DNA of 64,000 nt from Octopus bimaculoides. Taxonomy: Eukaryota. The notes below the pieces were generated by a model. That model did not search any database. It worked only from the letters and a program-made list of their open reading frames with translations, and was not told the origin of the DNA. How positions within the stretch are numbered: the first letter of the stretch is position 1; every line of letters starts with the position of its first letter. This document shows positions 1 to 13,207 of this stretch, one piece after another. The stretch spans positions 66,598,835-66,662,834 of the forward strand of contig NC_068981.1 of the NCBI RefSeq assembly GCF_001194135.2. The letters run 5' to 3'. Made by a program: the position numbers and the translations under genes.

Positions 1-104
1 TGTTGTAGGATTGACATTGGTCTTACCCCACTTCTGATAGGGGTATTATGATGACAGTCTTTTGTTAGTAAATAATAACAGCACAGTTCATACCCAAATT
101 ATTT

Positions 105-1607
105 CTTATATACATTATTTGATTTATAAATAATTCATATCTATGTATACAAGTCTCTTCAGGTCCTTGGTTCAAAAAGACAGACGAAATTCCATGTAAA
201 AGGACTGTCAGATTGCATAATACTGATTCAAAATACCTATGTTTGAATAATGTTTATGTCAGTAACAATAGATAAATGAGAGGGGTTATTATATATTATT
301 ACATATAATTTACATATTTGCTTTGAGTAATAATAAATATATGAATAGTATTACATATAAATGAATAGTTGATATACTAGAAATATGTTCTTTCGAACAT
401 GTATAGGCATATTTATAGAATAGATATGGATTTACACAATTAATCTGTCAATAATACTAAGTAAAACCCTGATGCTTTATCTATTTATATACTCATATAT
501 TATTATTATTATTATATATCATTAAAATGGCCAGTGATTACTTTTGAATTGAATACATTTAGGTTAATATTATTGGAGATATATAAAAACACTTTTCTTT
601 TGTTGCACTTATGTATTTGAATTGTTAATGCTCACGCTCCTTAACATAGGTATTTCGGACGTTTGTGATTTGACGGGCAACATTTTTTTATGTAGTGTTT
701 TTGGTACCGAAACACTTTCAAACTTTGTATACTTGTATATTTTGTGGTATAGAACAGATAATAATTTTTGTATTCGAAGTTATTTCACATTAAAACTTGT
801 CTTATTTCGATAATTTCAACTAATCACTGACGTCTATTCAGTTGAATACAGTAACTGCTGTGACGGTGTATATGGTATTAATCCCTGTTAGTTCTGACAT
901 TTCCGATTAACTAGACTGTTCATAAACAAAGGGGAAAAAGCCATCAAAATACTTGAATATTGCCTACACTTGTTATTGGAGCTACCAGAATTATTAATGC
1001 ACCTCCACCAAGTGCTTCATTTCCTAGAAATAGCAGCCAAATCTTCTTCAAATCAAACTCTAGTTTAGGGTTAGGGTTCGGGTTTTAGAGTTAGGGTTAG
1101 GGTTATGGTTAAGGTTAGGGTTAGGGTTATGAGTGAGGTTATGGGAAAAATATACACACACAGATACGCACAGTGTAATTTATTATATAAACAATATATG
1201 CGTATAAATTACGATTAAACCGGATGAAATATGTCACAGGGAATAACATTTTTATGACCGGCCAGCACTGACTGTATTCAGCTGAATAGACGTCAGTGAT
1301 TGGTTGAAATTACAGAAATATGACAACTTTAACATGAAATAACTTGCGATGTACATTTTTTTGTTAAGAAGGCTAAGAGAAAAAGTTGTTTTGTATGACA
1401 CATTCTACCAGTGTCCCAAGTTTGAAAGTGTTTCGTTCAGAAAACAAGTGTTGCCCGTCAAATCACAAAGATCCGGTATTTCGAATCAATATTGTGCAAT
1501 CTGGCAGTCCTTTTAAATAGAATTTCATCTGTATTTTTGAACGAAGGCCCTGGAGAGACTTGTATACATAGATATGAATTGTTTATAAATCAAATAATGT
1601 ATATAAG
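105..1607. mobile_element. Foldback/MITE-like element with long interrupted inverted arms
   Basis: 105-~240 is the reverse complement of ~1475-1607 and ~657-860 of ~1265-1478 (812-852 vs 1271-1311 differ at 2 of 41 nt). The left arm is interrupted by a ~410-bp insert with its own 13-bp inverted ends (231-243, 643-655). No ORF. Confidence 0.6.
1064..1140 (+). repeat. Degenerate interstitial (TTAGGG)n tract
   Basis: About 12 hexamer units: TTAGGG plus variants TTCGGG, TTAGAG, TTATGG, TTAAGG. Confidence 0.8.
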
Positions 1608-1779
1608 TCGAAACAAATTGTTGGCTTTATTTGTTGTTTGCTTAAAAATTGGTTATATTATCTTGTCTTATATTATATCATATTTTATATTATATTATAA
1701 TGTAATAAATTGTTAGATTGTCATAGATTGTCAATTGTATTTCTCTATTTAATTTATTATTTGATATATATATATGTAT

Positions 1780-1988
1780 ATTCCTAGACTGGGTGGTGCA
1801 TTGTGTTCTTCATCTCGCATTGCTCTGCAATCACTTCGACACCTGATGCACGGTACATGGTGCACCTGTTCAGAGAACGTTGATTTGATGGAGAGAGTGA
1901 GCTAATGTGCAGCACGAACATTTGATCACTATAAACAAATCATTTGTGCAGGTCGTTCAACAAAAACCTCCATGGAAGAGTCCATCAT
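1780..1988 (+). mobile_element. 5'-truncated tRNA-derived SINE, same family as 11286-11585
   Basis: Shares gtgcacctgttcag...gttgatttgatgga...acatttgatcactataaacaaat with 11286-11585. Confidence 0.7.
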
Positions 1989-2019
1989 ATATGTGTGTGT
2001 GTGTACACACACTCACAGT

Positions 2020-3307
2020 TAAATAGAGGTTTCTGTATGAAACTTACAATGTAAAGTGGTACATTAAATGAAATTATTTATGTTATAAACTACATTTCAA
2101 TAAATGTATCTATCATCACCAATTTCACAAAATGCTTTTTCTTGTTCATGAAATTCATGAAACAGTCTGTAGAAGCTATATTAATTTAAAGTCCACTGAT
2201 TACCAAAAGCATAAGTAGTTGTCAAATATTTTTCTTTGTTTAAACAAGCCGCAAAATTTTCCTAGAAACTAAATCAACTATGTAAATTATGAAAAGAACA
2301 TTTCTGAAGAAATTCAATGCATGCAACTGTTAATCCAAGGATGTTTTTTTTTCATCTCTCTGTTTTTTTTCCCCGTCTCTCCATGTTTTCTCTCCTCACT
2401 CCTTTCTGTAGAAGAGCATAGGCTCAAAACATCAAGCACTCTTCCATTTTATCAGAATGTCAAACTAATACACCTTGTTTGTCTTTGTGCCAAGGATAAG
2501 ATTCTGTGATCATATATATGACCTGTTAGAAATTAAGAAACATGTTTCATATCAAAAGTTGTAGAACTTTTTTCTATGGAAAACCTTATTTAATGTTCAT
2601 TGCATGCTGGTAATCTGGTATTTTACTGTTTCATTAAAAATCTATTATTGCTATTATATGAAATATTTCAGTAAATTAAGAATCCCATAAAGACATATGT
2701 CTTTGTTTGAAAAAGCCAATAGTGGAATTAATGAATAAATAGAAAATGTAGTCGACAAATAATTTAATGAGTTTCTATGATTGATCATTCTAAGAACAAC
2801 AATTGGATATTTCATTCTTATATCATTAACTGTGGTTAAAATTTGGTCCTTGACAAGAATATCTATCATCAAACATCGTAAATAAAAAGAGATTGGTTCT
2901 CAACAGTTGTGTGTATTGAGACGAGACGCAATTTAACAAACATATTGAAATAGAAGTGGGATTTCAAAATATCTCTATATTTCAGTACAGAATACTTTTA
3001 AACATCAAATTAACACATTAGAATATTATGTTCTGATATCTCTAAACACTTCCATTTCTAAGTCATTTGGTGCTTTGGAGAGGATGGTACCTAAATTTGT
3101 GTGGTTGAAAAACTAGTGTAAGTACAAGGTCATGTTTTTAAAAATATCAGCAAGCTTCTCATTTTATTCTTCATTTAGGAAGTCTTGGACTGCTGTGCAA
3201 TTTTTTTCTGTTTGTGATGTCTCATATCCTTAATGATTTGCTTCTATCATGTTCATTAGTTGTTTCCAAGTTGAGGAGAGTATTCGGCTGGAAGTTTCTG
3301 AGACTGT

Positions 3308-3347
<40 letters not shown>

Positions 3348-3412
3348 CATACATACATATACACACATACTATATACACATATATAAACACAAATATATA
3401 TGTGTATGTGTG

Positions 3413-3457
<45 letters not shown>

Positions 3458-3467
3458 NNNNNNNNNN

Positions 3468-3518
<51 letters not shown>

Positions 3519-3956
3519 TACATACATACTGCTGACACATATTTAAACACACAAATATATATGTGTATTGAGAAAGAGAGGTAAAGGAGATTTATTTTTG
3601 CTTCAGTAAAAAAAATAAAATATTCAGATCATATTGCTTTGACATATCACACAAGATTCCGGTATTTCTTCAGATATGTTCTTTTGATAATTTACATAGT
3701 TGATTTAGTTCCTAGAAAAATTTTGTGACTTGTTTACACAAAGAAAAATATTTGACAGCTATTTGTGCTTGTGATAACCACTGGACTTTAAACTGATATG
3801 GCTTCCACAGACTGTTTCATGAATTTCATGAACAAGAAAAAGCATTTTGTGAAATTGGCGATGATAGATACATTTGTTGAGATGTAGTTATAACATTAAT
3901 AATTTCATTTAATGTGTCACTTTACATTGTAAGTTTCATACAGAAACCTCTATTTA
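2020..3956. mobile_element. Non-autonomous long-TIR DNA element (~1.9 kb, ~290-bp TIRs)
   Basis: 2020-2313 is the reverse complement of 3664-3956 (roughly 85-90% by eye). Flanked by (CA)/(TG) tracts. No transposase motif recognised. Confidence 0.7.
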
Positions 3957-3959
3957 TGT

Positions 3960-4255
3960 GTGTGTGTGTGTGTGTGTGTTTAAATATCTATCTTTATATA
4001 TATCTGTGTACGTTTATTAAAGCTGTGTGGGTTTATCTGTGTGTATATATAAACATATGTGTATGTATATATATGTGTGTGTGTGTGTGTGTCTAAATAT
4101 CTATCTTTTTATATGTTTGTGTACATTTATTAAAGCTGTGTGGGTATATCTGTGTGGGTATATCTGTGTGGGTATATCTGTGTGGGTATATCTGTGTGGG
4201 TATATCTGTGTGTATATATAAAAGTGTGTGTGTATGTGTGTGCGCATGCACACAC
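3960..4255 (+). repeat. ~115-bp tandem duplication with a 14-bp minisatellite (GTGTGGGTATATCT)x5
   Basis: Two copies of aaatatctatcttt...ttattaaagctgtgtggg; the 14-mer repeats over ~4136-4212. Confidence 0.85.
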
Positions 4256-4499
4256 ATACATACACACATCTTTATAAATAATTTGCCCAAATTTATTTTT
4301 CCTTAATAGCATTATTTTCAGAAAGTGAGTTATTTCACTTGAATGTGACCTTGCTGTCAGGATACCAGAACCAAGCTGTGTACATCGGTGGCTTATTTGA
4401 TTCTTCTTCCCAATTAATTGATGTGGACAGTTGACTTCAAGGGTGTCTGTTTTTACATCACAAAATAAACAAAAATGTATATATATGAATGACTGAGTT

Positions 4500-5992
4500 A
4501 TGTTGGTCTTTGTGCCAAGGATAAAATTCTGTGATTGTGTATATGACCTGTTAGAAATTATGAAACCTGTTTCATATCAAAAGTTGTAGAACTTTTTTCT
4601 GTGGGAAACCTTATTTAATGTTCTTTGCATGTTGTTAATCTTGTATTTTGGTGTTTCATTAAAAACCTACTCCTGCTATTATGCGAAATGTTAAATAAAC
4701 TAGGAATGCCATAAAGACATATATCTTTGCCTGAAAAAGCTGACAACAGAATTAATGAATAAATAGAAAATGTAGTCAACAAATGACTTAATGAGCTTTT
4801 TTAACTGATTTTTCTAAGAATAACAATTGGATATTTGATTCTGGTATCATTATCTGTAGCTAAATTTTAGTCCTGATCATGAATATCTATCGTCAGAGAT
4901 CTTGAATGTATTAATTTACTTTCTAAATAAAAATATTAGCTCACAGCAGTGAGCTGCATTGAGATTAGATACAATTTAACAAACATATTGAAATAGAAGT
5001 GGGTATTCAAAAGTATCTCTTTATATTTCAGTACGGAATACTTTTAAACATCAAATTAAGACTTTAGAATATTATGTTCTGATATCTCTAAACACTTCCA
5101 TTTCTAAGTCATTTGGTGCTTTGGAGAGGATGGTACCTAAATTTGTGTGGTTGAAAAACTAGTGTAAGTACAAGGTCATGTTTTTAAAAATATCAGCAAG
5201 CTTCTCATTTTATTCTTCATTTAGGAAGTCTTGGACTGCAGTGCAATTTTTTTCTGTTTGTGATGTCTCATATCCTTAATGATTTGCTTCTATCATGTTC
5301 ATTAGTTGTTTCCAAGTTGAGGAGAGTATTCGGCTGGAAGTTTCTGAGANNNNNNNNNNNNNNNNNNNNNNNNNNNNNNNNNNNNNNNNNNNNNNNNNNN
5401 NNNNNNNNNNNNNNNNNNNNNNNNNNNNNNNNNNNNNNNNNNNNNNNNNNNNNNNNNNNNNNNNNNNNNNNNNNNNNNNNNNNNNNNNNNNNNNNNNNNN
5501 NNNNNNNNNNNNNNNNNNNNNNNNNNNNNNNNNNNNNNNNNNNNNNNNNNNNNNNNNCATGTATATACATATATGTGTATAGTAACACACACACACACAT
5601 GTAGTTACATACACACATATATATACACAATTGAGAGAGAGGTGGGGGTAATTTATTTTTGCTTCAGTAAAAAAATAAATATTCAGATCGTATTGCTTTG
5701 ACATATCACACAAGATTCCGGTATTTCTTCAGATATGTTCTTTTGATAATTTACATAGTTGATTTAGTTCCTAGAAAAATTTTGTGACTTGTTTACTCAA
5801 AGAAAAATATCTGACAACTACTTGTGCTTTTGATAATCAGTGGACTTTAAATTGATATGGCTTCTACATACTGCTTTATGAACAAGAAAAAGCATTTTGT
5901 GAAATTGGTGATAATAGATACATTGTTCATATATTGTTTATAATACTAATAATTTCATTTAATGTGCCAGTTTACATTTTAAGTTTTGCACA
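4500..5992. mobile_element. Second, left-truncated copy of the 2020-3956 element
   Basis: 4500-5349 is colinear with ~2477-3303 and 5590-5992 with ~3540-3945; only the right TIR is retained. Confidence 0.75.
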
Positions 5993-6168
5993 GAGAGAGA
6001 GAGAGAGAGGTTGGTGCACAATAGAACTATTGGAAAGAGGAACCTGAAATATTGTGTCTAGTTGTCTGGATGACACTTGATGCCTGCTTGTGTCTGGTAT
6101 GCAAAGCTTTTAATTGGTAAGATTTGTATTTGTGAGTTGTTTGTAAATAAACGACTTAATATGCTACT

Positions 6169-6399
6169 CATCATCATGATCATCATCATCATCATCTAAT
6201 GTTCACGTTTGGTTGGATGGATGTTTGATGAGACAGAGTTTCTATGGCTAGATGCCCTTCTTGTTTGCAGTTGTCACTTGTTTCCATGTATGGGAGTATT
6301 CTCCAAAAGCCAGACATGTTTCCACAGAAGATAGGGGAATGGACACTTTGCATGAGGGTGACATTCGCTTACAACTATCATGTGATGTCAAGGCAAGGA

Positions 6400-6445
<46 letters not shown>

Positions 6446-6588
6446 CATGCATGCACACACCGTCTGGATTTCTTTCAGTTTCTGTCTGCCACATTCACTT
6501 ACAAGAAATTTGCCCAATGTGCGATGGAGTGGGATTGAACCCAGAAAAATGGGGTTGAGAAGTGAAGTTCTTACCATGCAGCCACATG
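6169..6588 (-). mobile_element. CORE-like tRNA SINE with the (GAT)n-ending tail (type A2)
   Basis: Reverse complement of the head and tail at 59266-59670; internal (CT)n linker; (ATC)n tail at 6169-6195. Confidence 0.7.
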
Positions 6589-7699
6589 ATAGTATTCCTC
6601 TTTTAAAGAGAGTTAAGATATTAGTTCAACATGACCTTGCTGTCAGGATACCAGAAGAAAAATTGCTTTTGTTGTTATTGATGGTGGTATTATTGTTTAA
6701 TCCATGTCAGCCTTATGATTAAAGCAGATCTATGATTTAAAAAAAAAAGAAAATTATTTTTTTCTTTGACTTTTGGCTTAGTCATGAATAACGGTTTCTT
6801 CCATGACCTTCCTGCTGAAATTTATTCTGTCTTGAATGCTCACATCTAGAGAGACTTCACTGAAGGACCATGAACCTGGTGGTCATGTTAAACTGGATGA
6901 TGGTTTAAGTCTATCATTCAGTCTAGCCATGACTATTCTCATATTTAAAAGAAAAGGAAAATCTATCTGGGATTACAGTATTGAAAATAGTTTCTACTTT
7001 TTAAACTGTAAGATGTGACCTAAAGGTAATTTGGCTGTTATTTGTTGTAGGTTAAAGGACTATAGAGAAGTTCCCATGTTGGTTTGATTATCAGTAGTAA
7101 GTAACATCCCAAGGCAATAATATTTCAGTTATAACACAAATATTGTAAAATAACACCAGTGCTGAGATAGTAATGTCAGTAAGTTCATCCAAGGTAATTG
7201 AATAATAAATAGTTTTGCTTGGAGCAATGTATGAAGTTCTGTTACACTGAGGGCTAACTCATATTGTTGATCAGTTATGTTCTTCCTTGATAGAAGTTGT
7301 TTTTATTTATCTGAATTTGATCTTTTTATAATTTCAACAGGGCATTCTTTTATTAATTTTACTTTGTGCATTCGACCGCTCATGGCCAACTGTTGTAGCA
7401 AGACTTTACAAAATGTGTATCTTTTTACTCTGCTTGAAGAAACTAATCACAGAAATGCACATATTTCATATGTGTTTATTCAATATTTCATCCATTCTGT
7501 TCATTTATTTCACATAGACCTTAGTCATAGTGACATCTGATTTCTAGTTGCTTATGGTGCACTCACAGTGAACAAATATCTTGATTAGAACAATTAAGAT
7601 GTACCTTGTTAGTTCTATTTACATTTATTTATAACATAAATCACATTGAGGTATTTTAAACTTCCTGGCAGTCTCACTACCTCAAGTAAGGTAGTTATT

Positions 7700-7960
7700 T
7701 CTGGTGCATCCATAGTCAATCTTCTCTGGCAACCTGTCTATAATTGCAATGCCCTTCTTGTAGGATATATAGTTTATGTAGGATGCATTGTTTGAACTTT
7801 CTACAAACGTCTTTTCTGCATATCAAGCATGGCCATTTCTCAGATGGCGCTGGAGTCCTGCATTCTTTTCTACTGATGCTGGGTCTGCACAAACTAATGT
7901 TTTTACGAAAATCTGAAGATAATGTATAATGCTTCACATCAAGTCTCTTCTACAGTATAA
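7700..7960 (-). pseudogene. RTE-type LINE fragment (Cys-rich segment after the RT)
   Basis: Translates to ...ISRKECRTPAPSEKWPCLICRKDVCRKFKQCILHKL, resembling the WPCxICRKGVG..CxxCxxW segment of RTE ORFs. Probably the same family as 50740-52800. Confidence 0.6.
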
Positions 7961-8129
7961 TTGACAGTACTCTTTCCAATAGGTGGTTGTAAATTTCTGG
8001 ACTCCTCTCAGCACCAGCTACCTGTACATGACTCAGCAATTCATTGCATCCCACAACAGCTACAAATAACAGAACTGAAACAGGATTCCAACTATATAAG
8101 AGACTGTTAAGGCTACAGAGTAGCTGAAA

Positions 8130-9620
8130 AATGGAAAGGCTGTAGGAGATGAAAACCTACTGGAAATTTGGAAGAAATGGAGGTGAGAAAGGCAGCATTG
8201 CACACCAAACTCTTATGAGTTGTTTGTCTGCTGGGAACAGGGTAGACTACCACAGGACCTCTGTGTTGAAATCATCACTCTTTAGAAGAATGAGAAGGAA
8301 AAGTCTGATTGTTCCTAATGCCAGGCAGTATAACTCTGCTCTCTATTGGGAGGAAAAATATTTGCAAGAATACCCCAGAACAGAGTGAGGGCCATCATTA
8401 CAGAACTCTTCCCATAGAGCCAATGTGGATCCATGCACCTCTGACATGGTATTTATTCTCAGGCAACCTCAAGAAAAATCTAGAGAACAGTTAAAGGGAC
8501 TGCATGTGACATTTGTAGACCTTATCAAAGCATTTAATATTGTGAGTTGCAAAAGTCTCTGGGAGATCCTGAAATGACTTGTGTATCCTCCCTACATCAA
8601 ATTCCTCAGCATGATCAGTCAGCTATTTGGAGATCGGTGTATTGAAGTTAGTCACAATGAACTCTTCGAGTTTTTTTTCTGGGAGGAAATGTTGTAAAAC
8701 AATGCTGTCTCCTTTTTCTGACTTTCTTTACTATCTTTATGAACATGCTACCTGTAAGAGTCATAAAAGACTTCAGTGAGGAAGATTGTTTCTACTTTTC
8801 ATGCTGCACCAGTGGTCACACATGTAACCTAAGCTGACTTCATCTCCACACAAAGACACAAGAACAACTCACGCAGGCTTTACTCATTGTAAATAATGCT
8901 ATCCTATTGCCCATACAGAACCTGTGCTGCAGTGTATTACATCATGCTTTGCAGAGGCTGCTGAGGTCTTCAGACTGGAAGACAGCTTGAAGAAGACAGA
9001 AGTTCTCTACAATCTGATACCTCAGAAATATTACCACTTTCTCTGCATTATCATTGGCAAGATAGAGCTGAAGCTAGTCCTTGAGTTTAAGCTATTTGGT
9101 AGGGGAGAGAGTGTACCACTTTGTCAGATGCCAAATTTGACAAATGTTGAAAACAGAATGGTAAAAGTGAACAGCACATTTGGCAAGCAGTACAGATAGT
9201 CAGTAACAGCTAGCACATGAGGAAAGTTACCACGATCAGTGTCTACAGTGATCATCCTCCCGTACATTCTAAGTCATAGATTAGCTTCTTTAAGCATAAA
9301 TGACTGTGGATATTTCTGCTAGCTGTGCCTCCCACTTATCTCAATGTCCACAGTGGAAGTTACCAACATTGAAGCCATTCTATTAACGATCCAGCTGTGC
9401 TGGCAGCATACACTTCAAGCCTCTGGGAGGGGCATTAAAGAAAGTATATGAAGACATCCTGAAGATATCTTTTGATGCCTGTCACATTGATCATTGACAC
9501 TAGTCTATGATAGACTCCAATCAAGAAGCTTGGTGAGACACTGTCAACCAGTCTGACTCCTTTGGGAATGCATGCATGGCTGGCTTTGAAGAATAAAGGA
9601 AGTTAAAGATGAAACATAAC
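8130..9620 (+). pseudogene. Decayed RTE/BovB-like LINE reverse transcriptase and C-terminus
   Basis: Frameshifted motifs: CWEQGRLPQDL, SITLLSI, KIFARI, SQCG, HVTFVDLIKAFNIVS..LWEIL, VKQCCL (VKQGC), LQCITSCFAEAAEVFRLEDSLKKTEVLY. Confidence 0.85.
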
Positions 9621-9773
9621 TTAGTAGTAATGGACCCAGAACAATTTCTTTTGCAACCATTTTAGTTGGGCCTGCCTCTCCTGTTTTGCCCTCATTAACC
9701 ACTAGCAAGCCTATAACAGAGATGGACAGCCTGAATTTTCATCTGCGAAGCCAGAATATAATATAAACACACA

Positions 9774-9825
<52 letters not shown>

Positions 9826-10109
9826 CNNNNNNNNNNNNNNNNNNNNNNNNNNNNNNNNNNNNNNNNNNNNNNNNNNNNNNNNNNNNNNNNNNNNNNNNNN
9901 NNNNNNNNNNNNNNNNNNNNNNNNNNNNNNNNNNNNNNNNNNNNNNNNNNNNNNNNNNNNNNNNNNNNNNNNNNNNNNNNNCACGCACGCACGCACGCAC
10001 ACGTGCATTCTTTTGACGCATATCATCATCATTTAGCATCTGCTTTCCATGCTGGCATGGATTTGGCTGGGACTTGTAAACCAGAGAGCTGTAACTGGTT
10101 CCAGTCTAA

Positions 10110-10172
<63 letters not shown>

Positions 10173-10800
10173 ACACCCACACACACACACTCATACTCAT
10201 ATCACAGTATTGACCAGACTATTGGATATTGTTATGACTTGGTGATTGTGAGTGCAACACTCTAAGCACTTGGCCACATGCTTTCACGTATATACACCTT
10301 ATTTTGTGGCATGGAAGATGTACATCTTTTGTAAAGAAAAAATGCCTTGAAAGTTAACAAGCATCTTCCATGATGCTAGATGAGAACTTGTTTGTGGATT
10401 TTCCTGAAATCAATGTGGTGATTTGTAACTGTTGTAATTGGGTGCTGGTAGATGGTCAGCATTAGTGAGTGTGGTATGATCACCATGGTGTATTCCATGA
10501 ATAATTACAAGAGAGTTAAAGTGAAGAGCATAGTGTTGTGAACTGCATTAACACCCAGCAGCAAACCACCAGTTAGTGGCTCTTGTCTAATGAATTCTCT
10601 CAACGATGGTGAGCATGAGCACTTTGCTATTTTGCCTGCCAATTTGTTTTGATAACAGGTATTTAGTGTGTACTTGTCAGACCCTATGATATAGACAGGA
10701 CTTCAGGAAATATGAAAAAATTTTTTTCTTACCATTACTTTTCCAAAATCAGGGTGCATCGTCCATGATGTAGCATCTATGTTACAAAATACAGTATATT

Positions 10801-11222
10801 ATCATCATCATTGTCGTTTAACGTCTGCTTTCCATGCTGGCATGGGTTGGACAGTTTGACTGAGGACTGGCGAGCCAGAAGGCTGCTCCAGAAGGCTGCT
10901 CCAGGCTCCAATCTGATCTGGCAAAGTTTCTACAGCTGGATGCCCTTCCTAACGCCAACCACTCTGAGAGTGTAGTGGGTGCTTTTATGTGCCACCAAGC
11001 AGTTCTGGCAACGACCACGCTCAAAAGGTGTTTTTTACATGCTACCTGCATGGGAGTCAGTCTGGCGGCACTGGCAACGACCATGTTTGAATGTTGTTTT
11101 TCACATGCCACCAGCACATGTGCTGGTAAGGTGACGCTGGCAATGATCACGCTTGAATGGTGCTTTTTATGTGTCACTGGCACGGGAGCCAATCCATGGC
11201 CCTGGCAACAATCACTCTTGGA
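10801..11222 (-). mobile_element. Type B SINE-like element with internal ~50-bp tandem modules and (GAT)n tail
   Basis: Reverse complement of aaaagcacccactacactct...ggcatccagctgtagaaac...acccatgccagcatggaaagcagacgttaaac(gat)n. Other copies at ~15340-15598(+), 21910-22135(-), 23955-24238(+), 29975-30310(+), 41616-41890(+), 45614-45870(+), 59795-59950(+). Confidence 0.85.
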
Positions 11223-11285
11223 TGTGCTTTTTAATGTTATATTTTATTTAGTTTATATATTATATAAATTATATGATATATATAA

Positions 11286-11585
11286 GGACGCATGGCCTAG
11301 TGGTTAGAGAATTGCACTCAAGTTCACAGGATTGTGTTTTCAATTCCTAGACCAGGTGCTGCTTTGGGTTCTTGAGCCAAATACTTCATCTCATGCTGCT
11401 CTGTGATCACTTCAACATCTGACGCTTGGTACACTGTGCACCTGTTCAGGCAATGTTGATTTGATGGAAGGAGTAAGCTAATGTGCCTCACATACATTTG
11501 ATCACTATAAACAAATTATTTGTGCAGGTTGTTTGGCAAAAACTGAACACTTATATGTCATCATTGACAGGAAAGTCCATCATGT
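11286..11585 (+). mobile_element. tRNA-derived SINE
   Basis: A-box TGGCCTAGTGG and degenerate B-box tttcaattcc. Related heads on the minus strand at ~15610-15893, 28150-28405 and 37180-37475. Confidence 0.75.
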
Positions 11586-11601
11586 ATGTGAGTGTGTGAG
11601 T

Positions 11602-11950
11602 ACAGGCACAGCTGTGGCTATATAGTAAAAAGCTTACTTCCCAACCCCATGCTCTCAGTTTCAGTCTCTCTGTGTGGCACCTTGGGCAAATATCTTCTAT
11701 TAAGCAGATCAAAACCCTTTGAGTGGATTTGGTTAATGAATGCTAAAATGAATGTTGCCATCATACTAGCAGTATCCTTCGTTTCCAATCTTTTGTGAAA
11801 ACATGTCTAGTCATGGGGAACGTTACTTTACTTGGAAAGAAGTGAGGGTTAGTGACAGGCAGGGCATCTGGCTGTAGAAATCTTTCTTCAACAAATTCTG
11901 TCTGACCCATGCAAGCATGGAAGAGTGGATGTTAAATGATGACAGTGATA
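11602..11950 (+). mobile_element. CORE-like tRNA SINE, type A2 tail
   Basis: Head with gcaccttgggcaa (CORE-like); tail gggcatctggctgtagaaa...acccatgcaagcatggaa...gatgttaaatgatg. Confidence 0.7.
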
Positions 11951-12125
11951 ATGTACACATATACAAATAATTGAGCAAGTGAAATAAAAAGAAGTACTCA
12001 CTATATTATAGAGTATAGATATTTGTATTAGGTTTTTCACTCTGAGATACATTATGTGATTGAGAAACACACTTGATTATTTGGATACTTAATCCTAAGC
12101 ATTGAATTGGTTATACCCTCCAGAT

Positions 12126-12298
12126 CAGTGCTCTGCAACCATTATGCTGTAGCACCCATGAAACGATGCTAGGTATGCTGCTGTGTAACCTGAATATAAT
12201 TTTTTCCCTATACTTTTAGTTATATTTCTAGTTCAGGTGTGCTGCCGAATTTTGAAAAGATTATAAGTGTACAAGTGAAAAAAGGTTTCAGAGCACTA
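12126..12298. mobile_element. hAT (Charlie-like) MITE
   Basis: TIRs CAGTGCTCTGCAACC / GGTTTCAGAGCACTA; 8-bp TSD ctccagat (12118-12125) / ctctagat (12299-12306). Confidence 0.8.
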
Positions 12299-12514
12299 CT
12301 CTAGATAAGGCTGTGACTAATTCAACTCTCAGAAGTGTCAGAATAATCAGGCATGTTTTGTGCATCTGTGATAGTTTAAATAATGCATATTTGATGAGAT
12401 GTTAATACAAATACATAGACAGTGGTTATCTGTCATTTAACGAGGATTTAGTCAACTGAATTACCTGCTCTTGAATTAATGTGTAAGAGACTGAACATTC
12501 CTTGAATGTCTTTC

Positions 12515-12716
12515 GTCTTTCACTGTTTTCAGTCATTTGACTGTGGCCATGCTGGGGCACCACTTTGAAAGGTTTTAGTTGAAGGAATCAACCACAACAC
12601 TTTTTTTTTAAGGCTGCTTCTTATTTGATTGGTTTCTTTTGCTGAATTGCTAAATTATGTGAACATAAACAAACCAACACATTACCAAGCAATGGTGGGC
12701 AACAAACACTAAGTGA

Positions 12717-12753
<37 letters not shown>

Positions 12754-12921
12754 ACACATACAATGAGCTTCTTTCAGTTCCCATCTACCAAATCCACTCA
12801 CAAGGCTTTGGTCTGTCCGGAGCTATAGTAGAAGACACTTGCCCAACATGCCACACAGTGAGACTGAACTCGGAACAATGTAGCTGAGAAGTAAACTTCA
12901 TACCACAGCCATACCTGTGCC
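12515..12921 (-). mobile_element. CORE-like tRNA SINE, type A1 (head-(TG)n-second domain)
   Basis: Reverse complement of the copies at 21103-21573 and 30765-31239. Confidence 0.8.
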
Positions 12922-13207
12922 GACATCTGTACTCTTAACATAATTTTAAGGGAGTATTAGCAGAGTCTGACAAGGTTGCACTTCATCCATAACAGGTAAT
13001 GTCCATCCAGTGGGCTTCTATAAAGTTTCTGTCGATGATATGATTTCACTCATAAAATATGGGTTGATCCAACTCTAAAAAGAAAAAGACATTTTCCTAA
13101 AATGCCATGCAATGGAATTGAACCCAAGAGCTTGAGGCTGTGAAGCAAACTTCTTAATCATTCAACCATTCTATATATAAACACTCACACCATCACACAC
13201 ACATACC

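Noticed and set aside
2480-2990. Transposase remnant inside the long-TIR element
   Set aside because: No DDE or MULE motif found in either copy.
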